64,000 bases of DNA from Podarcis vaucheri (GCA_965113315.1 OZ220373.1); one strand, 5' to 3'; counted from the first letter of the stretch, positions 52,610 through 63,397 are shown. Program-made: numbers and translations. Notes: generated by a model not told the origin, from the letters alone.

Positions 52610-53246
52610 TTAGTTGCTCGCTTCGGAAATGGGAGCTAGGTGGTTGAGTCCCGCCAGTCCATTGAACCCCATCCCCCAGGGGTCGGGAAGGGAGAAATAC
52701 GGCCGGGCTGAGAGGCTCTCGTTGTGGCCCAGCGCGAAGGCAAATAGGCCTCCGTTCCTCTCCACATCCAGGTGCGTCCGCCCAAACAGCTTCATTTGGG
52801 TTTCCTCAAACTGGCTCTCCAGCTCTTGCAAATTCAGAGCGTTCTTGGCCCCGTCCATAAAATGCTTAGGGCTGGGGCCCGGAAGGCACATGGCCGCATT
52901 GCCAAGATGGCTGCTCATCTCCTCAAGGGCCGGAGGCACCAGGAAGCTCTTGTTGTCTGGCTGGCCATTCTGCGCAAACAACAAGCTGGCCGCTCTCCAG
53001 GTGGCCGGCTTGCGCCCCCTCCTGGGCCGGGAGATGCGGCAGCTCTGGCGCTTGATGTGGCGGTGCAGGTGGTCCGAGCGGGTGAAGCTCTTGTAGCAGA
53101 ACTTGCACTGATAAGGGCGGATGCCCGTGTGGATGCGCATGTGGTTCTTCAGGTCGTAGTTGTGGACGAATTTGGCGTTGCAGTGGACACAGAGGTACGG
53201 CCTTTCTCCCGTGTGCTTCCGCATGTGGATCTTCAGCTTGTCTTGC
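52610..53246 (-). CDS. ZBTB7C: ZBTB7C terminal coding exon (C2H2 zinc fingers plus C-terminus; [18 protein letters not shown]...ISEASN*)
   Basis: Acceptor CTTTTTTGCAG (AG at 53248-53247), branch-like CTAAT at 53275-53271, TAA at 52612-52610; [18 protein letters not shown] and PYFSLPDPW recognised as ZBTB7C; expected neighbour of SMAD2. Confidence 0.94.
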
Positions 53247-53280
53247 CTGCAAAAAAGGAGAAGCAACATGATTAGTTCGG

Positions 53281-53740
53281 GGCAGCACCTCCGAGACCAC
53301 ATAACACCGGTCTTGAAAGACCTACATTGGCTCCCAGTACATTTCTGAGCACAATTCAAAGTGTTGGTGCCAACCTTTGAAGCCCTAAACGGCCTCGGTC
53401 CAGTATACCTGAAGGAGCGTCTCCACCCCCATCGTTCTACCCGGACGCTGAGGTCCAGCTCTGAGGGCCTTCTGGCGGTTCCCTCACTGCGAGAAGCCAA
53501 GTTACAGGCAACCAGGCAGAGGGCCTTCTCGGTAGTGGCGCCCGCCCTGTGGAACACCCTCCCACCAGATGTCAAAGAGAAAAACAACTACCAGACTTTT
53601 AGAAGACATCTGAAGGCAGCCTCTTTAGGGAAGCTTTTAATGTTTGATGCATTACTGTATTTTAATATTTTGTTGGAAGCTGCCCAGAGTGGGGGGGGGA
53701 GCACAGCCAGATGGGCGGGGTATAAATAAATAATTATTAT
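53281..53740 (+). mobile_element. L2 LINE 3' end; its (TTA)n tail continues at 53962-54024
   Basis: [15 protein letters not shown]...[13 protein letters not shown]...LK; tail split by a MITE. Confidence 0.88.
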
Positions 53741-53742
53741 TA

Positions 53743-53960
53743 CAGTGGTACCTCAGGTACAGACGCTTCAGGTTACAGACTCCGCTAACCCAGAAATAGT
53801 GCCTCAGGTTAAGAACTCAGGATGAGAACAGAGATCATGCTCCGGCGGTGCGGTGACAGCAGGAGGCCCCATAAGCTAAAATGGTGCTTCAGGTTAAGAA
53901 CAGTTTCAGGTTAAGAACGGACCTCCAGAACAAATTAAGTACTTAACCCGAGGTACCACT

Positions 53961-53961
<1 letters not shown>
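53743..53961. mobile_element. Tigger/pogo-like MITE inserted in the L2 (TTA)n tail
   Basis: TA-CAGTGGTACCTC...GAGGTACCACTG-TA. Confidence 0.88.
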
Positions 53962-54013
<52 letters not shown>

Positions 54014-54173
54014 GTTATTATTATTCTGTTCTCTCTGAATCTGTGGCCCTCAGACTACAGTTCGCAACATCACTGATGGCTGGCCAGGTCAGCTGAGATG
54101 GATGGGAATCCACTACCATCTGGAGTCACAAGATTGGGGGGGGGGGAGGCTAGTTTAGGAACACAGTAATGTT

Positions 54174-54397
54174 CTGGAAACCAAGCCTTATGAGGAATGG
54201 TTGAGGGAGCTGGATATGTTTAGCCTGGAAAAGAGGAGAACGAGAGGAGATATGATAACCATAATCAAATATCTAAAGGGCTATGGAACATGGAAGATTG
54301 TTTTCTCCTGCTCTGAAAAGTATGACCAATGGCTTCACGTTACAAAAAATGAGACTCTGACTCAACATCAGGAAGAACTCGAAAATTCTATGATTCT
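54174..54397 (+). mobile_element. Degraded CR1 fragment
   Basis: [27 protein letters not shown]; ATTCTATGATTCT tail. Confidence 0.75.
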
Positions 54398-54550
54398 GTG
54401 AATCAGATGGAGACTCTGTGGGCCATTCAGTGTTGATGGACTATAGCTAAAGGAAAAGAACCACAAGAGAAACACAACTTTGAAAAGAACAGTTAAGGGG
54501 GAACGTTCAATTAGAAATTGTATAAACATTGCTTTTTAATACTCCATAAG

Positions 54551-54836
54551 GAAGAAGAAGAAGAAGAAGAAGAAGAAGAAGAAGAAGAAGAAGAAGAGGA
54601 GGAGGAGTTTGGATTTGATATCCCGCCTTTCACTCCCCTTCAGGAGTCTCAAAGCGGCTAACAATCTCCTTTCCCTTCCTCCCCCACAACAAACCCTCTG
54701 TGGGGTGAGTGGGGCTGAGAGACTTCAGAGAAGTGTGACTGGCCCAAGGTCACCCAGCAGCTGCATGTGGAGGAGCGGAGATGCGAACCCGGTTCCCCAG
54801 ATTACGAGACTACCGCTATTAACCACTACACCACAC
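54551..54836 (-). mobile_element. Squam3-type SINE with (CTT)n tail
   Basis: Reverse complement of the 30924 and 58560 copies. Confidence 0.85.
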
Positions 54837-55356
54837 CACATGAACATCATAAAAGAATATAAATATGAGGAAAGCACTTCTAGGCCACTGCCAGTTAAAC
54901 ATTCTGCTCCTAAAAATGTCAACAACCAGATGCCTGTCGCAGAGGCCTTCACGTGGATCTTCACGTTTTTGAAATGTTAAGATCCCGTTTTGAATTTTCA
55001 AAAAAATAATTTATAATTTGCATTTTTGAATTCCTGTGTTTCCTCTCTGGAAGCCGCCTTGGGGGCCCCTTTTTGGTGGCATGTAAATAAACTGTAACAA
55101 TCCCCAGGTGGGTGGGTGCTGCTTACTAAACATGGGCCCCACAATTTCAGTCTTGGTGACAGTTCCAGAAAGTGCCACAGCAATCGCTTGGCAACTGCTA
55201 TACTGTATTCATTGGCTCATTTAGGTGTTTTGAAGCGTCTCTAAGAGATGACTGGCTAACCTTTTTTTAAAAAAAACAACAACTCCAAGAATTCTTGGGT
55301 AGCTTAATCATGGAGAGAGCAATACCTGTTCCTCCATACTTACTTTTCTTAATTTA

Positions 55357-55891
55357 GGTAAAGGTAAAGGGACCCCTGACCATTAGGTCCAGTTGTGACA
55401 GACTCTGGGATTGCGGTGCTCATTTCGCTTTACTGGCCGAGGGAGCCAGCGTACAGCTTCCGGGTCATGTGGCCACATGACTAAGCCACTTCTGGCAAAC
55501 CAGAGCAGCGCACGGAAACGCCATTTACCTTTCCGCCGGAGCAGTACCTATCTACTTGCACTTTATCTACCGTATTTTTCGCTCTATAACACGCACCCGA
55601 CCATAACACGCACGTAGTTTTTAGAGGAGGAAAATCCGTAGGCATGCCACCCGTAGGCATTTCCTCCATAACACGCACAGACATTTCCCCTTACTTTCTA
55701 GGAGGAAAAAAGTGAGTGTTATGGTGCAAAAAATACGGTACTTGCACTTTGACGTGCTTTCGAACTGCTAGTTTGGCAGGAGCCGGGACCGAGCAACGGG
55801 AGCTCACCCTGTTGCGGGGATTCGAACCGCCGGCCTTCTGATCAGCAAGTCCTAGGCTCTGTGGTTTAACCCACAGCGCCACTCGCGTCCC
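55357..55891 (-). mobile_element. Sauria SINE interrupted by a Tc2-like MITE
   Basis: 12-bp TSD TTTCTTAATTTA at 55345-55356 and 55894-55905. Confidence 0.9.
55570..55738 (+). mobile_element. Minimal Tc2-like MITE (169 bp)
   Basis: TA-CCGTATTTTTCGC...GCAAAAAATACGG-TA. Confidence 0.88.
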
Positions 55892-56971
55892 ACTTTCTTA
55901 ATTTATTCAATTGCAAAAAAACCCAACAGTACTCGGCGTAAAGACATGGGCTACATTGTCAAATTCGCACGCACAGTTCTTTTGATGGGTCTGGCTGTTA
56001 ATCAACAGGATGGTGGTTCAAGCCCACCCAGGGACAGCTGTGGGCAGGATCCCTGCATTGAAGGGGGTTGGACTAGATGACAATTCTATGATTCTAAAAT
56101 GGGCTAATCTAGTTGGGGACTTTACTTCCAAGAACTGGATCAAGGCAACTGAAGAGAGGCCACGTCAAACAGAAGAACTAAAAGGCTGAGGAACCTTCAA
56201 CTTTTTGCCACAGTAGATGCAGACACAAGTCAAACAATGATTCCTGGAAACCATCTTAGATGCCGCAACTGGACCTCACTGTGCAGAAAGCTTAGCACAC
56301 AAAGAACTGAGCGAGCAGCAAGTTCCTGGAGCCAGCAGGTGGCAGCACAAATCCACATCTCAAATCCGCATCTTTCATTCTGTTTTAAATGTAGTTAAGG
56401 GTGCTGAGAGTTATTAGGAGACACTGGTCCTCCTCAGAGAGCTACAATTCCCAGAGTTCCCTGGAAAGAAGGACTGATGGTTAAGCCACCATGGAAATGG
56501 GAGATCTGTTGTTCCCAAGATTCTGTGGGGGAAGCAACAGCATCTTTTAAAGTGGCACGATGCTGCTTTAAAGCATAGTGCTGACGGCAGGGGAGGTCCT
56601 ACTATTGGGAAGGAGTCATAACTCAGTGAACACGCCTTAGATGCAGAGCTCAGCCTCCAGCATCTCTGTAATTCAGGGCTGACTTCAGGGTTGAGGGAGC
56701 CCTGGGCAAAGTCTCATTCCATGGCTCCCATGCTGATTGGCAGCGGCTCTCCAGGACTGAGGGACCCCTGGGCAAAGTTCATCCCATGGCTCCCATGCTG
56801 ACTGGCTCTCCAGGGTTTCCGAAATGGAGTTTCTCCCAGCTCTACTTGGAGCTGCTAGAGGGTTGGATCTGAGGCCTTCTGCATCCAAGGCACGTTCTCT
56901 GCCACTAAGCTATGGCCCTTTCCTTAAACATGCCAATATTTGGCTTTGCAGCACTCATATATACACACAAA

Positions 56972-57344
56972 CCGTATTTTTCGCTCTATAAGACACACCA
57001 GATGACAAGATGCACCTAGTTTTTGGCGGAGGAAAACAAGGGAAAAAAATTCTGAATCTCAGAAGCCAGAACAGCAAGAGAGATCACTGCGCAGTTTCTG
57101 GGATAGCCGCGCAAAGCCTCTTCAGGGCAGGAGTGTTCTTCCCGCTGCCCTGAAGAGGCTTCATGTTGCTATCCCAGAAGCCAGAATAGCAAGAGGGATC
57201 GCTGCACAGCTAAAGCAGCGATCCCTCTTGCTGTTCTGGCTTCTGGGATAGCTGTGCAGCCTGCATTCGCTCCGTAAGATGCACACACATTTCCCCTTAC
57301 TTTTTAGGAGGGAAAAAGTGAGTCTTATAGAGCAAAAAATACGG
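56972..57344 (+). mobile_element. Tc2-like MITE
   Basis: CCGTATTTTTCGCTCTATAAGAC / GTCTTATAGAGCAAAAAATACGG-TA; internal hairpins. Confidence 0.87.
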
Positions 57345-58075
57345 TATTTAACTGCCGCTATATCTGAATTGTCTCTGTTATACCCAATTGCAATTCAATG
57401 TATCCCTGTTGTGTTTTAAGGTTTTCCTGATATTGTAAGTGACCTGGAACTGGTCTATGACCGTAATAATAAATTTCTAATTCTAATTTCTCAACGCATG
57501 CCCACTTTTGCCGCACCACTTCATTGGCCAGGTGCTGAACGTTTTGACAGTGGCGTCACAAGATCAGTCTGAGAAACAGGGTCACAGGGAGGGCTCTGGT
57601 GAGCGCCTTTGTCCTTTGTGCAAACTCCACCCTGTTACACAGTCAGCCCGCATGGCTTCTCTACGGGTGGTTTGCCACTTAAAACAACAACAACAAACAC
57701 TTCTCTGGTGCACAGTGTATTCTGGGTGTAGCCAAGGGCTGCTGTTTACCTTGCACACAGGTTGAGACACCCCACCCATTCCCAGCTGAAACAAAGCCGG
57801 AAAATGCATTTGATCATTGTCCCTAAGAAACCTCCAGTGGTCTGCTTCGTATGCTGTCCAAGCCAAACCAGAGCCCATAAGCAGGACTTGGAGGTGATGG
57901 TTTTCTCCTGTAGATGCTCCTCATCAACTGATATTCAGAAGTACACTGTACCTGAACATGCAGGTTCTATGCTGCCATCCTGGCTAACAGCCTTTGATCT
58001 TCCACCAGAAACATGCCTAGCATCTTCTTAAAGACACATAAGCCAGCGACCGTCACCACTTCCATGCTTCAATTA

Positions 58076-58450
58076 CCATATTTTTCACTCTATAAGACTC
58101 ACCTTTTCCCCTCCTAAAAAGTAAGGGGAGATGTGTGTGCGTCTTATGGAGCGAATGCAGGCTGCACAGCTATCCCAGAAGCCAGAACAGCAAGAGCGAT
58201 CGCTGCTTTAGCTGTGCAGCGATCCCTCTTGCTATTCTGGCTTCTGGGATAGCAACATGAAGCCTCTTCAGGGCAGCAGGAAGAACACTCCTGCCCTGAA
58301 GAGGCTTTGCACGGCTATCCCAGAAACTGCGCAGCGATCCCTCTTGCTGTTCTGGCTTCTGGGATTCAGAATATTTTTTTTCTTGTTTTCCTCCTCCAAA
58401 AACTAGGTGCGTCTTATGGTCTGAAGCATCTTATAGAGCGAAAAATACGG
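58076..58450 (-). mobile_element. Tc2-like MITE, inverted twin of 56972-57344
   Basis: TA flanks; same internal modules in reverse complement. Confidence 0.87.
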
Positions 58451-58559
58451 TATGTGTTTGTATGAAGAAGTCCTCCATTTACCCATCCTAAATCTTCCAA
58501 GATTCAGTTTCATCGGCTCTCCCTGAGTTCTAGCATTATGAGCTGGAAGAAAAGCTTCT

Positions 58560-58820
58560 GAGAGCCAGTGTGGTGTAGTGGTTAAGAGCGGCAGTCTCAT
58601 AATCTGGGGAACCGGGTTCGCGTCTCTGCTCCTCCACACGCAGCTGCTGGGTGACCTTGGGCCAGTCACACTTCTCTGAAGTCTCTCAGCCCCACTCACC
58701 TCACAGAGTGTTTGTTGTGGGGGAGGAAAGGAAAGGAGAATGTTAGCTGCTTTGAGACACCTTAAAGGGAGTGAAAGGCGGGATATCAAATCCAAACTCT
58801 TCTCTTCTTTTTCTTCTTCT
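58560..58820 (+). mobile_element. Squam3-type SINE
   Basis: GAGAGCCAGTGTGGTGTAGTGGTTAAGAG head; (CTT)n tail. Confidence 0.85.
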
Positions 58821-59260
58821 GTCTACCCATAGCTTTCTCGTCACCGTTTTGTGACACCTCAACCTTCACCGACCCCCTGCTGAACCATTTCTTGTTCTAG
58901 ACTAAAAGATCTCCAACCCTTTGATCTGTCCTTCTAGTTTTCCAACCCTTCATTCATTTAACAGAGCAATTGTTCGCTTCTCTGCTCAGATGTAAGAGGC
59001 ATCTAATTCAATGGGACTTATTCTGACAAAAGTGCGTAGCCGATCTGGTACCCTCTGGGTGGAACTACAAAGCTCATCATTCCTGGGCTCTGGCCAAAAC
59101 ATCTCGATGACACAATGCTGGCTATCCCTTCTGCATGTTTCCCAGCAATGCAATGTCTTTTTTGAGGTGAAGCACCAAGGACTGTACACCCCTTGTTCCC
59201 TCTCTCCCCGCAATCCATTCTCCATCACCCTCAACTTTTACACCATAAGCTCCTCCATGT

Positions 59261-59736
59261 ATTTATTATTTATACCCCACCCATCTGGCTGGTTTTCCCC
59301 AGCCACTCTGGGCAGCTTTCAACAGAATATTAAAATACAATAGTCTATTAAACATTAGAAGCTTCCCTAAACAGGGCTGCCTTCAGATGTCTTCTAAAAG
59401 TCTGATAGTTGATTTTCTCTTTGACATCTGATGGGAGGGCGTTCCACAGGGCGGGCGCCACTACCGAGAAGGCCCTCTGCCTGGTTCCCTGTAGCTTTAC
59501 TTCTCGCAATGAGGTAACCGCCAGAAGGCCCTCAGCGCTGGACCTCAGCATCCGGGCAGAACGATGGGGGTGGAGACGCTCCTTCAGGTATACTGGGCCA
59601 AGGCCGTTTAGGGCTTTAAAGGTCAGCACCAACACTTTGAATTGTGCTCGGAAACGTACTGGGAGCCAGTGTAGGTCTTTCAAGACCGGCGCTATGTGGT
59701 CTCAGCGGCCGCTCGCAGTCACCAGTCTAGCTGCCA
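59261..59736 (-). mobile_element. L2 LINE 3' end (same family as 53281)
   Basis: [35 protein letters not shown]...FRRHLKAALFREA. Confidence 0.88.
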
Positions 59737-60255
59737 TAAACTAATAAGCTGTAGACTAATAAGTCCAATAATTCCACCATGTTCCACAGCTCAGCCCCAT
59801 CCATTCATTCCAAGGTGAGCTGTACCGGCATGCAAGGTCACAGCTTGTGCTCTTGGAACCAGCCCTTCAGAAGGTTTGCAAACAGCGTGATGCAACCTGG
59901 GCAGGTCAGGAAAAAGCAATTGCCTCCCTCTGTGCACAATGGATTTGCAAATGGTCCTGTCATCAACTTGCATGTTGATACCAGTCCAAGGATGCATGAA
60001 TCATGGCTTGGCATGATGCAGTCCTTAAAATAAAAATTTAAAAATCCACACAAAACTGCGGCAGCACTTTAAACTACTGCTACGATCTTAGCATTTTTTT
60101 TTGCAACGCCAGGGCACTTGGCACAAACCTGGTGCCACCATGGACTGGGGAACCCGTAGCGCTCTGGAGATTGCTGAACTGCCAACCCCCCATCATCCAT
60201 CACCAGGGTTCATGCTGGTTGGAGCTGATGGGAATTGGAGATCATTGATTATCTG

Positions 60256-60452
60256 AATAAAAAATTCCTTCCAGTAGCACCTTAAAGACCAACTAAGTTA
60301 GTTCTTGGTATGAGCTTTCGTGTGTGTATCTGAAGAAGTGTGCATGCACACAAAAGCTCATACCAAGAACTAACTTAGTTGGTCTTTAAGGTGCTACTGG
60401 AAGGAATTTTTTTATTTTGACTATGGCAGACCAACACGGCTACCTATCTGTA
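60256..60452 (+). mobile_element. Penelope-like terminal repeat with inverted 5' partial copy
   Basis: Inverted arms about 60256-60324 and 60347-60416; 12-bp TSD ATTGATTATCTG at 60244-60255 and 60453-60464; inserted into a degraded hAT MITE. Confidence 0.8.
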
Positions 60453-60900
60453 ATTGATTATCTGGAGAGACATAGGTCTGATTTTGGAGCCAACTTCTAA
60501 GGCCACAAAGCCATCTTAGTGGATCCCAGGAAGCTCTGCCAGACTGTAATTGGAAAGCGTCAAAACATTTTTGTTCATAAGGAAAATGAGCCTCCCAGTA
60601 TAGGAGCAGTGTTACTTTAAATGTGAATTGTGACTGATGCCCACAGCGCTTCCTCAAAATTCCAGATGTGCTCACCGGCACAAAAAGGCAGACTTCGCCT
60701 TGCTAAGGGTGGAAGTTAAAGCCACCCTGTTGCTGGTGGTCTTCCTAAATAGGCATCAGGTTGGCTACTGGGGGAAATGGCATGGTGAACCTTTGATATG
60801 ATCTGCTAGTGCTCTTCTTGTGAATATACTTCCTCCCTAAAGTTAAGTGTGTGCATGCTCGTGAGAAAGATTCCACATCAGATCATGGGAAGCCATAGTA

Positions 60901-61161
60901 CAGTCATACCTCGGGTTTCAGACGTTTCAGGTTGCGTTTTTTTGGGTTACGGACCCACCAAAACCTGGAAGTACCAGAACAGGTTACTTCCAGGTTTCGG
61001 GGGTCGCACATGCGCAGAAGCGCGAAATCGTGCTTTGTGCATGCGCAGAAGCACCGAATTGCGACCCGCGCGTGCGCAGACGCGCCACTGTAGGTTGCGA
61101 ACGCTGCAGGTTGCGAATGTGCACACCGCATGGATCATGTTTGCAACACGAGCGTCCACTG
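60901..61161. mobile_element. Tigger/pogo-like MITE
   Basis: TA-CAGTCATACCTCGGGTT...CACGAGCGTCCACTG-TA; TA duplicated inside CR1. Confidence 0.78.
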
Positions 61162-61214
61162 TACCGCTCTATTTTGCCTTGGCCAGACTGCATTTAGAAA
61201 CCTGTGTCCAGTTT

Positions 61215-61486
61215 CCTGTAAGACCTATTGCAGTCGTTAAGAGTCGTCAACAGGCTTGTCTCAGCTATCTGCCAATCTCCCATTCCCACCACCCTTCTGA
61301 GTAATACCCCTACCCACCTTCTCACTATATAGAAGGATCTGGCAACTTCTGTTTCAGTGTATCTGAAGAAGTGTGCATACACACGAAAGCTCATACCAAG
61401 AACTAACTTAGTTGGTCTTTAAGGTGCTACTAGAAGGAATTTTTTTTATTTTGAGTATGGCAGACCAACACGGCTACCTATCTGTA
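61215..61486 (+). mobile_element. Penelope-like terminal repeat (pseudo-LTR)
   Basis: TATATA box at about 61326, hammerhead core, then the same 3' sequence as 60326-60452. Confidence 0.78.
61359..61396 (+). ncRNA. Minimal type I hammerhead ribozyme motif
   Basis: GTAT-CTGAAGA-A-GTGTG(CATA)CACAC-GAAA-GC-TC-ATAC: stem I GTAT/ATAC, 5-bp stem II, palindromic AGCT in place of stem III. Confidence 0.72.
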
Positions 61487-62205
61487 ATTGATAAGATGGA
61501 ACATGTGCAGAGGAGGGCAACCAAGATGATCAAGGGTCTGGAAACCAAACCTGATGAGGAACGGTTGAAGGAGCCTGGAGAAGAGGAGACATGATAGCCA
61601 TCTTCAAATACCTAAGGGACTGTCATATGGAAGATGGAATAAGTATGTTTTCTGCTGCTCTGGAGTGTAGGACTTGAACCAATGGCTTCAAGTCACAAGA
61701 AAGGAGATTCCAACTAAACCCCAGGAAGAACTTTCTGGGAGTAAGAGCTGTTCAACAATGGAGCAGACTCCCACAAGAGCTGGTGGACTCGCCTTTCTTG
61801 GATCTCATTGAGTCATCTAGTCATCTGCAGTGATTGGACCAGATGACCCTCTTCCAACTCTACAGCTCTGATTCTCTGATCTGAATGTGCACGTATCTCT
61901 TTGAGTTTTGTATATAATGCCCTGCACTTCTTAGGAAATCCTTACTTGCTAGGTGAGGCCTGCTGTATAAAAGAGCCTTGCCATCTTTAACAGGAGAACG
62001 CAGACCCTTGTTTATACAATGGAAATGTCTGGCAGTAGCAACAGAGAAGGTACAGTAATAGGTGTCTATTTGCACGCTAGAATATACTTCCAGCCGCCAG
62101 ACTGCTGCCTGGAAAATAGAGCAGCTACAGTGAATGATTGCTGGGTACCAATGGCCTCTTGAAATTCTCTACCCTATTTGTGGAACAATATAGTGGTGGC
62201 TCCAC

Positions 62206-62270
62206 TATTCTATTCTATTCTATTCTATTCTATTCTATTCTATTCTATTCTATTCTATTCTATTATTATT
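62206..62270. repeat. (TATTC)n microsatellite
   Basis: Direct reading; abuts the SINE head. Confidence 0.95.
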
Positions 62271-62273
62271 ATA

Positions 62274-62615
62274 GGGATGCGGGTGGCGCTGTGGGTTAAA
62301 CTACAGGGCCTAGGACTTGCCGATCAGAAGGTTGGCGGTTCGAATCCCCACGACGGGGTGAGCTCCCGTTGTTCGGCCCCTGCTCCTGCCAACCTAGCAG
62401 TTTGAAAGCACGTCAAAGTGCAAGTAGATAAATAGGTGGTGGGAAGGTAAACGGTGTTTCCGTGCACTGCTCTGGTTCGCCAGAAGTGGCTTAGTCATGC
62501 TGGCCACATGACCCGGATGCTGTATGTCAGCTCCCTTGGCCAATAAAGCAAGATGAGTGCCGCAACCTCAGAGTCGGCCACGACTGGACCTAATGGTCAA
62601 GGGTCCCTTTACCTT
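62274..62615 (+). mobile_element. Sauria SINE
   Basis: GGGATGCGGGTGGCGCTGTGGG head; ACCTTT tail. Confidence 0.9.
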
Positions 62616-62953
62616 TATAGTGGTGGGTGGGGGGCAGGGTACCATTTCACCATTTTTTCCAAGGGCAAGAGAAATTCTTCAGCTGTTCCTTGGGGTTGAG
62701 GGTCTTCATGAGCAGTGACAGAAGCGCAGCTTCTTTCTTTCCCTAATTTTGTTTGAAGGCAGCAACAAAGGAGGGGCAATGCCTCTGGAGAAACTTCAGC
62801 GATCACAGAAACAGGAAGCTGTCTTTCACTCAGTCAGAACATCGGTTCATCTAGTTCAGGCCTGCCTATGCTGAACGGCTGTGAAAGTCCAGGATTTCAG
62901 GCAGAAATCTTCCCCTGTCCTGCCTGGGGGTGCCAGGAATTGAACCAGAACCA

Positions 62954-63247
62954 GCATCCCTACCCCCATCGTTCAGCCTGGACGTTGAGGTCCAGCACTG
63001 GGGAGCTTCTGCCGGTTCCCTCACTACAAGAAGCAAAGCTACAGGGAACCAGGTAGAGGGTCTTCTCGGTGGTGGCGCCCGCCCTGTGGAACGCCCTCCC
63101 ATCAGATGTCCAAGAGATAAACAACTACCTGACATTTAGAAGACATCTGAAGGCATTCCTGTTCAGGGAAGGTTTTATTGTGTGACATTTTAATGTATTT
63201 TTAATCTTTGTTGGAAGCTGCCCAGAGTGGCTGGGGAAACCCAGCCA
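62954..63247 (+). mobile_element. L2 LINE 3' end running into the gap
   Basis: Homologous to about 53420-53710. Confidence 0.82.
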
Positions 63248-63397
63248 NNNNNNNNNNNNNNNNNNNNNNNNNNNNNNNNNNNNNNNNNNNNNNNNNNNNN
63301 NNNNNNNNNNNNNNNNNNNNNNNNNNNNNNNNNNNNNNNNNNNNNNNNNNNNNNNNNNNNNNNNNNNNNNNNNNNNNNNNNNNNNNNNNNNNNNNNN
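63248..63397. other. Assembly gap (150 N)
   Basis: Run of N where the L2 microsatellite tail is expected. Confidence 0.99.

Larger units (their letters stand above)
60880..61875 (+). mobile_element. Old CR1 fragment interrupted by a MITE (60901-61161) and a Penelope-like repeat (61215-61486)
   Basis: GGGAAGCCATAGTA / VPLYFALARLHLETCVQF / [22 protein letters not shown]... to the CR1 3' tail. Confidence 0.78.

Noticed and set aside
53247-53587. N-terminal part of the 325-aa ORF as a ZBTB7C-L2 fusion protein
   Set aside because: It is antisense L2 read in frame upstream of a good splice acceptor at 53248-53247
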